Shown here: piece after piece, positions 1 through 8,967 of the stretch
Position numbering within the stretch: position 1 is the first letter of the stretch
Layout of the letters: the number at the start of each line of letters is the position of its first letter
Assembly (NCBI GenBank): GCA_963734495.1
Contig: CAVTHK010000015.1
Coordinates: forward strand, 1-64,000
DNA length: 64,000 nucleotides
Direction: 5' to 3'
From: an uncultured Spirochaetota bacterium
Lineage (GTDB): Bacteria; Spirochaetota; Spirochaetia; SZUA-6; CAVTHK01
Translations under genes and position numbers: made by a program
Notes under the pieces: model-generated
Seen by the model: only the letters and a program-made list of their open reading frames with translations
What the model was told of the DNA's origin: nothing
The model's database searches: none

Positions 1-640
1 TCCACAGATACGGCCGGTCGAAGCTGACGCGGTTTGCGCGCGAACCGCTGGAGTTGAAGTCGTAGAGGCTCTTGCCGCCCCAGGCGTTGTACGCCTGCCA
101 CGTGTTGACCGAGACCTGGACGACGACGGCGGAGGGAGCGGCGGCGGCGGCGGGCTCGCGAACGACGAACGGGATTGCGCCCGGCGCGCTTCCGTCCGAG
201 AGGACGATGCGCGCGAGGTAGTAGCCGGTCACCCACGTCGCGGGCACGGTCAACGCGTTCGTCACGGGCCAGCCCGCTCGCACCTCGCCGTTCGCGTCCG
301 GGCCCGGAGTCCCGTACTGCGCGGCCTCGCTCGTGCTGCCGCACGAAGGGAGACAGGTGAGCAGGCGGCCGCCGGGACCGCCGTACCAACCGATGCGGTA
401 GACGTCGAGGCGGTAGCGGAGCCCGGTCGGCGCCGAGATGTGGAAGTCGAGTGTTCCTCCCGCTTCGACGCTCGTCTCAGAGGTGTAGCCCTCGGCAGCC
501 GAGGCGTTTGGGTCACCCCAGGCGGAGGTGCCGGGCAACGCGTTCTCGACCTGGATCGCGTTCGCGGCGTGCGCGTTCGGCGCAAGCAGCAGTGCCGCGA
601 GCGTGGCGAGGACCGTTAGCTCCGCAGCGCTACTGGTACG
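1..640 (-). CDS. N,N-dimethylformamidase beta-subunit-family (DUF6605-like) secreted protein, partial (runs off window start; start codon uncertain)
   Basis: Manual minus-strand translation (not in ORF track): ...LAALLLAPNAHAANAIQVENALPGTSAW...EGYTSETSVEAGGTLDFHIS...YRLDVYRIGWYGGPGGRL...TWPTGYYLARI...SVNTWQAYNAWGGKSLY...VSFDRPY, motifs typical of this family. Confidence 0.7.
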
Positions 641-1133
641 GGTCTTCGTTCGTAACGGCGTCGGAGACCCCCGCCATCACGTGCTCCTGCGAGCGCTCCT
701 GCAGCCGCTCGCGCCCGCGCTTCACCGCTGAGAGGAACTTCTCGAAGATTGACCTCGAGCGTCGAGAGGATCCCGTCCGCCCAGTCCTCCATCTCGAGCC
801 GCGTCTCGCGTGCCTGCCGGCGCGCCTCGTCGACGATGTCCTGGGCCTGCCGCTCCGCGAGCTTGACGATCTCGGTCTGCGACGCCTCGCGCACGGCCTG
901 CTCGGGCCTCGGCGAGCAGCCGGTCGACCTCCCGCTTCGCCTCGGCGAGCATGTCCTGCCGCTCCTTGACGATCCACCGGGCCTGCTTGATCTCCTCGGG
1001 GATCGTCGCGCGCATCTGGTCGAGGATGTCGTAGATCTCCTCGCGGTCCGATCCGAACCTGGTCCGTCAGGGGTACGGCCTTCGCGTTGTGCACGAGGTC
1101 GTCGAGCTTGTCGATCAAAACCAGTACGTCCAT
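630..1133 (-). CDS. DivIVA-like / ATP-synthase-B-like coiled-coil protein typically downstream of coaD (frameshifted)
   Basis: Pieces in three frames: MDVLVLIDKLDDLVHNAKAVPLTDQVR / MRATIPEEIKQARWIVKERQDMLAEAKRE / SQTEIVKLAERQAQDIVDEARRQARETRLEMEDWADGIL; rsmD-coaD-this gene synteny. Confidence 0.7.
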   Translation of the reverse strand: MDVLVLIDKLDDLVHNAKAVPLTDQVRIGPRGDLRHPRPDARDDPRGDQAGPVDRQGAAGHARRGEAGGRPAARRGPSRPCARRRRPRSSSSRSGRPRTSSTRRAGRHARRGSRWRTGRTGSSRRSRSIFEKFLSAVKRGRERLQERSQEHVMAGVSDAVTNEDPYQ

Positions 1134-1143
1134 TGGCTTGAGT

Positions 1144-1659
1144 CTACTCCTGGGGGTTCTCGGGGGTGCCGGGACGGCCTAGCGGGTGCAGCTCGACGAA
1201 GCGTCGCGCAACCGACTCGGGCACGAGTTCGTCCACCTTTCCTCCGAACGCGGCGATCTCCTTCACGCCGCTCGACGAGACGAAGCTCACCTGCGGGCTC
1301 GCCATCACGTAGACCGTCTCGATCTCGGGGGCGAGGGTGCGGTTGAGCTGGTTCATCTGGAACTCCCACTCGAAGTCCGAGATCACGCGCAGGCCTTTGA
1401 TGATCACCTTCGCGTCCCACTTGCGCGCGAAGTCGACGACGAGTCCCAGTAAGACGTCCACCTCGACGTTCTCGAGATCGGCGAGGGCCTCGCGGAGGAA
1501 GCCGACGCGCTCGTCGAGCGTGAACATCGGCGTCTTGTGCTGAGGGTTGCCGACGACGCCGACGACGATGCGGTCGAAGATCGCGGCAGCGCGTCCGATC
1601 ACGTCGACGTGCCCGAAGGTCACGGGATCGTACGAGCCGGGGCAGATCGCAGTGATCAT
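1144..1659 (-). CDS. coaD: Pantetheine-phosphate adenylyltransferase
   Basis: PGSYDPVTFGHVDVI (HxGH-type), KGLRVISDFEWEFQM, VSSSGVKEIA motifs. Confidence 0.96.
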   Translation of the reverse strand: MITAICPGSYDPVTFGHVDVIGRAAAIFDRIVVGVVGNPQHKTPMFTLDERVGFLREALADLENVEVDVLLGLVVDFARKWDAKVIIKGLRVISDFEWEFQMNQLNRTLAPEIETVYVMASPQVSFVSSSGVKEIAAFGGKVDELVPESVARRFVELHPLGRPGTPENPQE

Positions 1660-2191
1660 TCGAAGAGGGTCAGCCGGGCCGAGCCGTACCGGCGGCTCGT
1701 CCTGACGGCGAGCGGAAGCTCAGGCTCCACGCGCGCGCGGCTTCGTTCCTACGACGACGAGAGCGTCTTCGGTCAGGACGTGCGGGAGGTAGCGCGCGAG
1801 CATCGGCTGGAGGTCGGGGTAGTCCTCGTACGGCGGGTCGACGAGGACAAGATCGTACTTCCTGCCCGAGGCACCCTCGCCCGCGAGCGCTCGCGCCGCG
1901 TCGCCCCGGGACGACTCTCGCGCCCGTGAGCTTCAGCTTGTCGAGGTTCTGCTGGATCGTGGCCGCGGCCTGAGCGTCGAGCTCCACGAACGTCGCTGCG
2001 GCCGCACCGCGAGAGAGTGCCTCGAGTCCCATCGCGCCGGACCCCGCATAGAGGTCGAGCACGACGGCGCCGTCGACCGGGCCGATCAGGTTGAACGCGG
2101 CCTCGCGCACGCGGTCGCCCGTGGGACGCGTGTCGAGGCCCTTCGGCGCGGCGATCCGGTGGCCCTTGCGCGAGCCGGCGATGATCCGCAT
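1656..2191 (-). CDS. rsmD: 16S rRNA m2G966 methyltransferase (frameshifted)
   Basis: MRIIAGSRKG...TRPTGDRVREAAFN...VLDLYAGSGAMGLEALSRGA; DPPY motif in shifted frame; stop overlaps coaD ATG (ATGA). Confidence 0.9.
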
Positions 2192-2194
2192 CGC

Positions 2195-2452
2195 CGGCGA
2201 CGGTAGCTCAGCCCGTCCGACGATCCAGGCTCGGTCGCTCACGTCGATCCGGTCGTCGTACCCTCCGACCACGAGCACCCTCCCGTCCTTGAGCCTCGTC
2301 GCTGTGGCGAACGCGAGCGCCGCGTCGATGCGGCCTGTGACGGAACCGGGGCGCGGCGCGGGCGAACCGCTCCAGCTCGGCTGGAGCGCGATCGACGGAA
2401 TGCCTCCCGCCGCGAGCGCCGGGAGCACGAGCGCCAGCACGAACAGCCGCAT
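2195..2452 (-). pseudogene. Short secreted kelch-repeat remnant (signal peptide plus a single kelch blade)
   Basis: MRLFVLALVLPALAAGG signal-like N-terminus then ATATRLKDGRVLVVGGYD kelch motif; only ~85 aa. Confidence 0.45.
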
Positions 2453-2487
2453 GGCCGTCGTTACACCGAGCGAGGGCCCGGAGTTCC

Positions 2488-2769
2488 CTACGCGGCGGGC
2501 GCGGTTCCGTACCGCTGCGCCGCCCGCGCCCGAGCGCGGGCTGCTTCGCGCTCGCGGTCCTTCGGCGGCGCCACGGTCACGAGCTCGGCGAGCAGCTGGG
2601 CGGACGCTGCGGCGACCGCGTCGACCGCGCGCAGGAACGGCCCCTCGTTCGCCTTCGACGGCTTCGTGAACCCGCTGATCTGCGCACGTACTGCTCGGCG
2701 GGCCGCACGGACTTCCTCGCTCGTCGCAGGCGGCTCGAAGTTGTAGAGCGTGTGGATGTTTCGGCACAT
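2488..2769 (-). CDS. DUF2277 family protein
   Basis: MCRNIHTLYNFEPPATSEEVRAA...ISGFTKPSKANEGPFLRAVDAV...APPKDREREAARAR. Confidence 0.8.
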   Translation of the reverse strand: MCRNIHTLYNFEPPATSEEVRAARRAVRAQISGFTKPSKANEGPFLRAVDAVAAASAQLLAELVTVAPPKDREREAARARARAAQRYGTAPAA

Positions 2770-2804
2770 GTCTCTATTCAACCTGTTCGACGTCCCGCCC
2801 CGAC

Positions 2805-3830
2805 TCAGGCGCTTGCGACCGCTGCCTTCGCGGCCGCCGACTGCTGGAGCAGTCCGTCCTCGCCGGCGAGTGCGTCCGCTTCGCGGCGTGCGAGCTCGAG
2901 CAGGTCGCGGTCCGCGCGAAGGGACGCGAAACACAGGCCGAAGGCTCCCGACTGGCGCGTGCCGAGCAGCTCTCCCTCGCCGCGGATCTCGAGGTCGCGG
3001 TCGGCGAGCTCGAAGCCGTCAGTCGTTGACACCATCGCCTCGAGTCGCGCGCGCGCCGAGTCGGTCAGTTCGTCCTTCGCCCGCGAGACGAGCAGGCAGT
3101 ACGACTGCTCCGCCGCGTCCGACGCGGCCGCGGAACTGGTGCAACTGGGCGAGCCGAACCGGTCCGCCTCCTGGTCGATCATCACGGTCGCGTTCGGCAC
3201 GTCGACTCCGACTTCGATGACGGTAGTCGCGACGAGCACGTCGAGCTCCCCCGCCTTGAACTGCGCCATCAGCGCGCGCCGGTCCTGCGGCTTCAGGCGG
3301 CCGTGGAGGCAGCCCTGACGCGAACCCTTTCAGCTCCGCACGGCGCAGCCGCTTCGCCTCCGCCTCGGCCGCCCGCGCCTGCTGCGTCTCCGACTCCTCG
3401 ATCACCGGGCAGACGACGTACGCCTGCCTGCCTTCGTCGAGCAGCCTGCGCAGGCGCGTGTAGGCCTCCGAGCTTCGATCGTGCGTGATCCAGCTGGTGA
3501 CGATCGGCTTGCGGTCCCGCAGGCGGCTTGCGAGATCTCGCTCACCGAGAGGTAGTCGTACAGCGTGAGCGCGAGCGTGCGCGGGATCGGTGTCGCGGTC
3601 ATGTGCAGGACGTGCGGCGTCCGCCCTTCTGCGAGCGCGCGCCGCTGCTCGACGCCGAAGCGATGCTGCTCGTCGACGACGGCGACGCCCAGGTCTGCGA
3701 GCTCGACGCCTTCCTGGATCAGCGCGTGCGTGCCGACGATGATCTGCGCGTCCTCGACGCCGGAGCGCACGTGGCCCGTGAGCAGCGCCGCGCGCACACC
3801 GAGCTCGACGCAGATCGGGTCGATCGTCGC
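2805..3830 (-). CDS. recG: ATP-dependent DNA helicase RecG, C-terminal half only (5' part lost at junction; frameshifted)
   Basis: [90 protein letters not shown]. Confidence 0.92.
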
Positions 3831-5002
3831 CGAGCGCGAGCGCGCTTTCGGCGCCGAGCACCCTCTCTATGCGGCGTCCGAGCTCCACGAGGCCGGCGAT
3901 GGGCTCGTCCCGGTTGCAGCGGCCCACCTGGTCGGCGCGCCTCAGCCGCATGAGGTCCTGGATGTGCTCGTGGCCCACGCGCGCCACGAGGCGCCGCACC
4001 GCGGCGTCCTTCCACTCCTCGCTGTAGTTGAACATGTGGTGGCGGACGAGGTGCGAGACGCGCTGACGACGGCGTTCGGCAGCTTGAGGCGCCTGAGGAT
4101 CGCGTCGGCCGAGCTCGGCCGACACCCGGTCGTGGTTGTGAAATCGCGGCTCGCCCGCTTCGCCGAGCGTGAGCGTCGCCGGCTTGCCGACGTCGTGCAG
4201 GAGCGCCGCCAGCCGCAGGCCGAGGTCGGCCGGGTCGGCCGCGGCGCAGGTGTAGAGGCTGTGCATGAACACGTCGAAGCAGTGCCGCTCCCGCGTTCGA
4301 CGCCGCGCCCGTGCTCGAGCTCGGGCATGATCACGGCGAGCAGCCCGGTCTCCGCGAGGAGCTCGAAGCCCATGACCACGTGCTCCGACTGCACGATGCG
4401 CACCAGCTCGTCGCGCACGCGCTCCATCGAGACGAGCCGGGGACACGGTCGAGGGCGGCGGGGATCGCGGCCTTGGTCGCCTCGTCGATCGAGAAGCCCA
4501 GCTGCGCCGCGAGCCGGCACGCCCGCACCGGCCGCAGCCCGTCCTCCTGGAATCGCGCGTCGGGGTCCCCTATGGCCCGCACAACCTTGCGCTTCAGGTC
4601 CGCCCTCCCGCCGTGCGGGTCGAGCAGCCGGCCCGACGCCAGTCGCAGGCCATTCCGTTGATCGTGAAGTCGCGCCGGGCGAGGTCCTCGTCGATGGTCG
4701 CCGAGAAGGTCACGGCGTCGGGCCTGCGCCCGTCGCTGTAGGTGCCGTCGGAGCGGTAGGTCGTGACCTCGAAGCGCTCGCCCCGGAAGAGCACGGTCAC
4801 GGTGCCGTGTTGATCCCGGTGGGAATCACCCGGCGGAAGAGGTCCGTGACCTGCTCGGGCAGCGCGTTGGTGGCGATGTCGAAGTCGGTGGAGCTCGCGG
4901 CCGAGGATCAGGTCGCGGACGGCGCCGCCGACGAGGTGGCACTCGTAGCCCTTTTCGCGGGAGATCCTGCCGAAGCTCTTTCACCGGGGCCGGGATTCTC
5001 AT
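3826..5002 (-). CDS. cca: CCA tRNA nucleotidyltransferase / poly(A) polymerase family with HD domain (frameshifted; C-terminus cut at junction)
   Basis: [76 protein letters not shown]; ends ..AESALALGD. Confidence 0.88.
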
Positions 5003-5127
5003 GGTAACTCGATACGGGAGTCCACAGTGGGGCAGGGCAGCGCGTCCATGCGCGGCGGCGGAGCTCGGGATGCGCGCGCACCGGGACCCACGGCGGGAAG
5101 CCGCGGCGGCGACGCGACCTCGGCCAC

Positions 5128-5156
5128 AAAAAGCTCCCGGACGGCCGGGGGGCTTT
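5128..5156 (-). terminator. Probable rho-independent terminator of flaB
   Basis: Minus strand AAAGCCCCCCGG-CCGT-CCGGGAGCTTTTT: imperfect GC stem followed by a T run, ~20 nt after the flaB stop. Confidence 0.55.
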
Positions 5157-5178
5157 ACAGCCTCGAGAAACGACCGGC

Positions 5179-6051
5179 CTACTTCATGAGCTGGAGGACG
5201 GTCTGCGGCTGCGTGTTGGCCTGGGCCAGCATGGCCGTTGCGGACTGGACCAGGATCTGGTTCTTCATGTAGTTGACCATCTGCTCCGCCATGTCCGCGT
5301 CGCGGATGCGGGACTCCGAAGCCTGCAGGTTCTCGGCGCCGACCGCGAGGCCCTGCATCGCGTACTCGAGCCGGTTCTGGTACGCGCCGAGGTCCGCGCG
5401 CTGCTTGTTGACCTTGAGCAGCGCCTGGTCCAGCATGCCGATCGCCCGGTTGGCCTGGTCCGGGGTGGACAGCGAGATGAAGGTCGCCGCGGCAGGGGTC
5501 CCGTTCAGGCCCTGGATGCCGAGGCCCTGCGCCGTCATGGTCCCGATGTACGACCGCTCGCGCTGGTCCATGTTGGCGCCGATGTGGAACCACATGCTCG
5601 CGGTGACGGTGTTCTCGCCCGTCTCACGCGCGAAGCGGCCCGTCAGCAGGTTCTGGCCGTTGAACTGCGCGTGCGAGGCGATGCGGTTGACCTCGTCGAT
5701 GAGCTGCGACACCTCGACCTGGATCTGCATGCGGTCCTCGGGGGTGTAGATGCCGTTGGACGCCTGCACGGACAGCTCGCGCAGCCGCTGCAGGATGTCC
5801 TGGGTCTCCTGCAGGTACCCTTCCGTGGTCTGGATGAAGCTCACGCCGTCCTCGGCGTTCTGCTCCGCCCTGCGCAGCCCGCGGATCTGCGACCTCATCT
5901 TCTCGGACACGGCCAGGCCCGAGGCGTCGTCGCCGGCCCGGTTGATCCGCATGCCCGAGGAGAGCTTCTCCATGTCCTTGCCGACGTTCAACGTGTTGAA
6001 CTTCAGGACACGGTGAGCGAACAGGGCGCTCATGTTGTGATTGATGACCAT
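5179..6051 (-). CDS. flaB: Periplasmic flagellar filament core protein (spirochaete flagellin)
   Basis: [14 protein letters not shown]...[33 protein letters not shown]...[10 protein letters not shown]...[13 protein letters not shown]; 290 aa with short central domain as in spirochaete FlaB. Confidence 0.97.
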   Translation of the reverse strand: MVINHNMSALFAHRVLKFNTLNVGKDMEKLSSGMRINRAGDDASGLAVSEKMRSQIRGLRRAEQNAEDGVSFIQTTEGYLQETQDILQRLRELSVQASNGIYTPEDRMQIQVEVSQLIDEVNRIASHAQFNGQNLLTGRFARETGENTVTASMWFHIGANMDQRERSYIGTMTAQGLGIQGLNGTPAAATFISLSTPDQANRAIGMLDQALLKVNKQRADLGAYQNRLEYAMQGLAVGAENLQASESRIRDADMAEQMVNYMKNQILVQSATAMLAQANTQPQTVLQLMK

Positions 6052-6093
6052 ACATCCTCCCTGATCTTCGATTCCCGGACCTCCATGTCCGGG
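6052..6093 (-). promoter_or_regulatory. CsrA-type binding hairpin plus SD-overlapping GGA in flaB leader
   Basis: mRNA CCCGGAC-AUGGAG-GUCCGGG (7-bp stem, ANGGA in loop; 6074-6093) and AGGGAGGA at the SD. Confidence 0.7.
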
Positions 6094-6109
6094 TGGGTGC
6101 CTACGTCAA

Positions 6110-6136
6110 TTGTCGGAACCCTGCGACCGCCCTTTA
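6110..6136 (-). promoter_or_regulatory. Sigma28 (FliA) promoter of flaB
   Basis: TAAA-N15-TCCGACAA versus consensus TAAA-N15-GCCGATAA. Confidence 0.8.
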
Positions 6137-6205
6137 GCGTTTCTGAGACTTGTGTGAAGAAGGCCCCCGCGGCGCGCCCTTGCCCCGCCGCCGCCGCCAT
6201 TTAGT

Positions 6206-6829
6206 ATGGCCGTGATGACCGGACTGCTTTTCACCGGCGGCGAAGGCCCGAGCCCGGAGAGACTCGCTCCGTTCCTCGAAGGCGTCGAGCTGGTGATCGC
6301 AGCCGACTCCGGACTGGAGCTGGCGAGGGCCGCGGGCGTCGACCCCGCGCTCGTGGTCGGCGACATGGACAGCCTGCGCGACCCGGGCCTGCTCGCCGCC
6401 TACGGCGAACGCGTGATGCGTTTTCCCGTCGACAAGGACGAGACCGACACCGAGATCGGCGTGCGCCTGCTTCGCGAGCGGGGCGTCGACCGGGCGATCG
6501 TGGCCGGCGGGGGCGGGGGGCGTCTGGCCCACCTGCTGGGGTTGCTCGCCCTGTTCGAGCGCCGGTTCGCGCCTTCGGTGTGGCTGACCGCGCGGGAGCA
6601 CGTGCAGGTGGTCGACGGAAGGCTCGCGCTCCCCGGATGCGTCGGTCAGACGATCTCGTTCTTTCCCGTCGGCGGGCGCGCGCTCATCAGGCGCTCGGCG
6701 GGACTCAAGTGGCCGCTGGACGGCCTGAAGTGGGGCAGGGGGGACGCCGGGGTCAGCAACCTGGCGGTCGCCGACACCGTGGAGGTCGAGCTCGCCGCCG
6801 GCCGGCTGCTGATGGTCAGGGAGTGGTAG
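6206..6829 (+). CDS. thiN: Thiamine diphosphokinase (start may be ATG 6215)
   Basis: VIAADSGL, VVGDMDS, FPVDKDETDTE, GGGGGRLAH, GLKWPL, GVSN motifs. Confidence 0.9.
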   Translation: MAVMTGLLFTGGEGPSPERLAPFLEGVELVIAADSGLELARAAGVDPALVVGDMDSLRDPGLLAAYGERVMRFPVDKDETDTEIGVRLLRERGVDRAIVAGGGGGRLAHLLGLLALFERRFAPSVWLTAREHVQVVDGRLALPGCVGQTISFFPVGGRALIRRSAGLKWPLDGLKWGRGDAGVSNLAVADTVEVELAAGRLLMVREW

Positions 6830-7307
6830 CGGCCAGCGCCTCGCGAACCCTTTCGCGGGTCACGCGAGGGTCCTCGACGAGGACGCGCTTGCCGCCGATG
6901 AGGTCGGCGATGCCGAGCTCCGAAGGGTAGCGCGGGATCACGTGGACGTGCAGGTGGCGGATGGACGCTCCGGCGGCGAGGCCCATGTTGTAGCCGATGT
7001 TGTAGCCCTGCGGCTTGTGGGTCCGGTCGAGCACCGTGAGCAGCCGCCTGACGATCTGCGAGATCCGCTGCTCCTCGTCCGCGGACAGCTCCCTCACGTC
7101 CTCGACGTGCCGGATCGGGAATACCAGCATGTGCCCCGGGTTGTACGGGTAGAGGTTGACGGCCGCCGCGACGAGGTCGTCCTGATGCACGGTGAGATCG
7201 ACGACGTCGGCGTCGCGGTCCCGCACGCGGCAGAGCAGGCACCCGGGGGCGCGCTGCGACTGGACGTACGACATCTTCTCGAAGTTGAAGAAGTAGCTGC
7301 GCTCCAC
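6816..7307 (-). CDS. HIT family hydrolase (Ap4A phosphorylase/hydrolase-like)
   Basis: CLLC, NLYPYNPGHMLVFP, GYNIGYNMGLAAGASIRHLHVHVIPR (HxHxH triad); GTG start at 7307. Confidence 0.9.
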   Translation of the reverse strand: MERSYFFNFEKMSYVQSQRAPGCLLCRVRDRDADVVDLTVHQDDLVAAAVNLYPYNPGHMLVFPIRHVEDVRELSADEEQRISQIVRRLLTVLDRTHKPQGYNIGYNMGLAAGASIRHLHVHVIPRYPSELGIADLIGGKRVLVEDPRVTRERVREALAATTP

Positions 7308-7413
7308 TGCGGGACTCCTATCTCCGGGGCAGGGACGGGTGAACCCCGCGGCTGCCTCGAACAGTATAGACCGGGACGCGACGGCAAGGGAACATCGGTA
7401 TATGATGACTAGC

Positions 7414-7755
7414 GTGTCCCGGCCCGCAGAGTCGCCGGTGCTCACGGTGGTGGGCCGTCTGTACCGGTCGTTGTTCCTGTTCTGCATCCTCGCGCTCGTC
7501 CTCTACTGGCTGGGGAATTTCCAGGAGTTCCAGGACGAGAGCCAGCTCCTGCTGCTGCGCGTCGTGCGGGTATCGGCTCTGATCGGCAGCATCCTCGGCG
7601 CCTGGTGCCTGGGGTTCAGGGTGTGGCTCCTGGTGCGCCGCGCGTCGAAGAGGGGATGGCCGCTGGTCGGAGACGGCCTCGTCTTCGTGGCCAATGTCGC
7701 CCTGGTGGCTGGAATCCAGTTCCTGTTCGCGTGGCTGCAGATCCCCGGCGCGTGA
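7414..7755 (+). CDS. Hypothetical three-TM membrane protein
   Basis: Hydrophobic stretches around LGNFQEFQDESQLLLL; GTG start 7 nt after TATGAT. Confidence 0.65.
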   Translation: MSRPAESPVLTVVGRLYRSLFLFCILALVLYWLGNFQEFQDESQLLLLRVVRVSALIGSILGAWCLGFRVWLLVRRASKRGWPLVGDGLVFVANVALVAGIQFLFAWLQIPGA

Positions 7756-7783
7756 GGCCGCGGTCCGACTTCCGTCGTTCGGT

Positions 7784-7813
7784 TTGACAGCCTGTTTTTC
7801 CCGTCGCTATACT
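7784..7813 (+). promoter_or_regulatory. Sigma70-type promoter of the Fe-ADH-glgA-map operon
   Basis: TTGACA-N18-TATACT, 9 nt before ATG 7823. Confidence 0.7.
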
Positions 7814-7822
7814 CGCGCCGTC

Positions 7823-8962
7823 ATGGTGGCGTCCCTGGAGTGTCCGCCCGCCGTCTACGTTGCGGCGGGCGCGCGCAGCCGCCTGCCGGCGCTCGCGAGA
7901 TCGCGTGCGGGACGGGTGCTCGTCGTCACCGGCCAACGCTCCCTGCGCGCGACTGGCCGGGCGGATGAGATCGCCCGATCGCTCTCCGGCATGGAGGTCG
8001 CGATCGCGGCCGCCCCGGCCGGCGAGCCGACCGTCGAAAGCGTCGACCGGATGCGGGCGTCGTGGGCTTCGTTCGCGCCCGACCTCATCGTGGGCGCCGG
8101 CGGCGGGTCGGTACTCGACATGGCCAAGGCGCTCGCCGGACTCCTGCGCTCGACGCACCCCACTCTGGACTACCTCGAGGGGATCGGGAGCGGGCGGGAG
8201 ATCGAGCCGCCCGTGGTGCCATGGATCGCGCTTCCCACGACCGCGGGCACGGGCTCGGAGGCGACCAAGAACGCGGTCATCAAGTCAGCCGCGCATCGCG
8301 TAAAGAAAAGCCTGCGCTCGCCGCTCCTCCTTCCGGTTGCAGCGATCGTGGACCCCGAGTTGGCCGTCGGCATGCCGCCCCGCCTCACGGGCGAGAGCGG
8401 GCTGGACGCGCTGACCCAGCTCGTGGAGGCGTACGTGACCGCCAAGCCCAACCCGATCGCCCGGGCGCTGATCCGCGACGCATTTCCGCGGATGCTGCGC
8501 GCGCTGCAGGTGGTCGCCGAGCGCCCGGACGACCTCGATGCCCGCGGCGACGCCGGCTACGGGGCGCTCGTCAGCGGGATCGCGCTCGCCAACTCGGGGC
8601 TCGGCGCCGTGCACGGCTTCGCATCGGGCCTGGGCGGCGCGGCCGACATCCCGCACGGCCTCATCTGCGCCTCCTTCCTCGCCCCGGTGCTGGCCGCCAA
8701 CCGGCCGGCCATCGACGCCGGCATAGGGGAGCTGATGGGTCCTCTTGCGCTCGCAGGCGACCCGGTGTCCGCCCTGATCCGGGACGTAGAGGGTCTCCTG
8801 GCGCGCTTCGGGCTCGCGGGGGCGATACGCGGCTACGGGATCGGGGCCGGGCAGATTGCTGAGATCGCGCGGCTCTCGGAGGGCTCGAGCATGTCGGGAA
8901 ACCCCGTGCGCTTGAGCCAGGAGCAGAAAGTGACGATCTTGCAGCAGGTGCTCCTGAGCTGA
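7823..8962 (+). CDS. Iron-containing alcohol dehydrogenase family protein
   Basis: GAGGGSVLDMAK, PTTAGTGSEATKNAV, DALTQLVEAY, NSGLGAVHG, PHGLIC. Confidence 0.92.
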   Translation: MVASLECPPAVYVAAGARSRLPALARSRAGRVLVVTGQRSLRATGRADEIARSLSGMEVAIAAAPAGEPTVESVDRMRASWASFAPDLIVGAGGGSVLDMAKALAGLLRSTHPTLDYLEGIGSGREIEPPVVPWIALPTTAGTGSEATKNAVIKSAAHRVKKSLRSPLLLPVAAIVDPELAVGMPPRLTGESGLDALTQLVEAYVTAKPNPIARALIRDAFPRMLRALQVVAERPDDLDARGDAGYGALVSGIALANSGLGAVHGFASGLGGAADIPHGLICASFLAPVLAANRPAIDAGIGELMGPLALAGDPVSALIRDVEGLLARFGLAGAIRGYGIGAGQIAEIARLSEGSSMSGNPVRLSQEQKVTILQQVLLS

Positions 8963-8967
8963 AGCAG

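Noticed and set aside
1670-2767. 365-aa ORF merging DUF2277 region, kelch piece and RsmD
   Set aside because: Read-through in stop-poor high-GC sequence; RsmD has its own canonical MRIIAG start at 2191.
3019-4446. 475-aa ORF suggesting a CCA-HD/RecG fusion protein
   Set aside because: The RecG part is not continuously in frame and both genes are truncated; explained by the junction at ~3830 plus indels.
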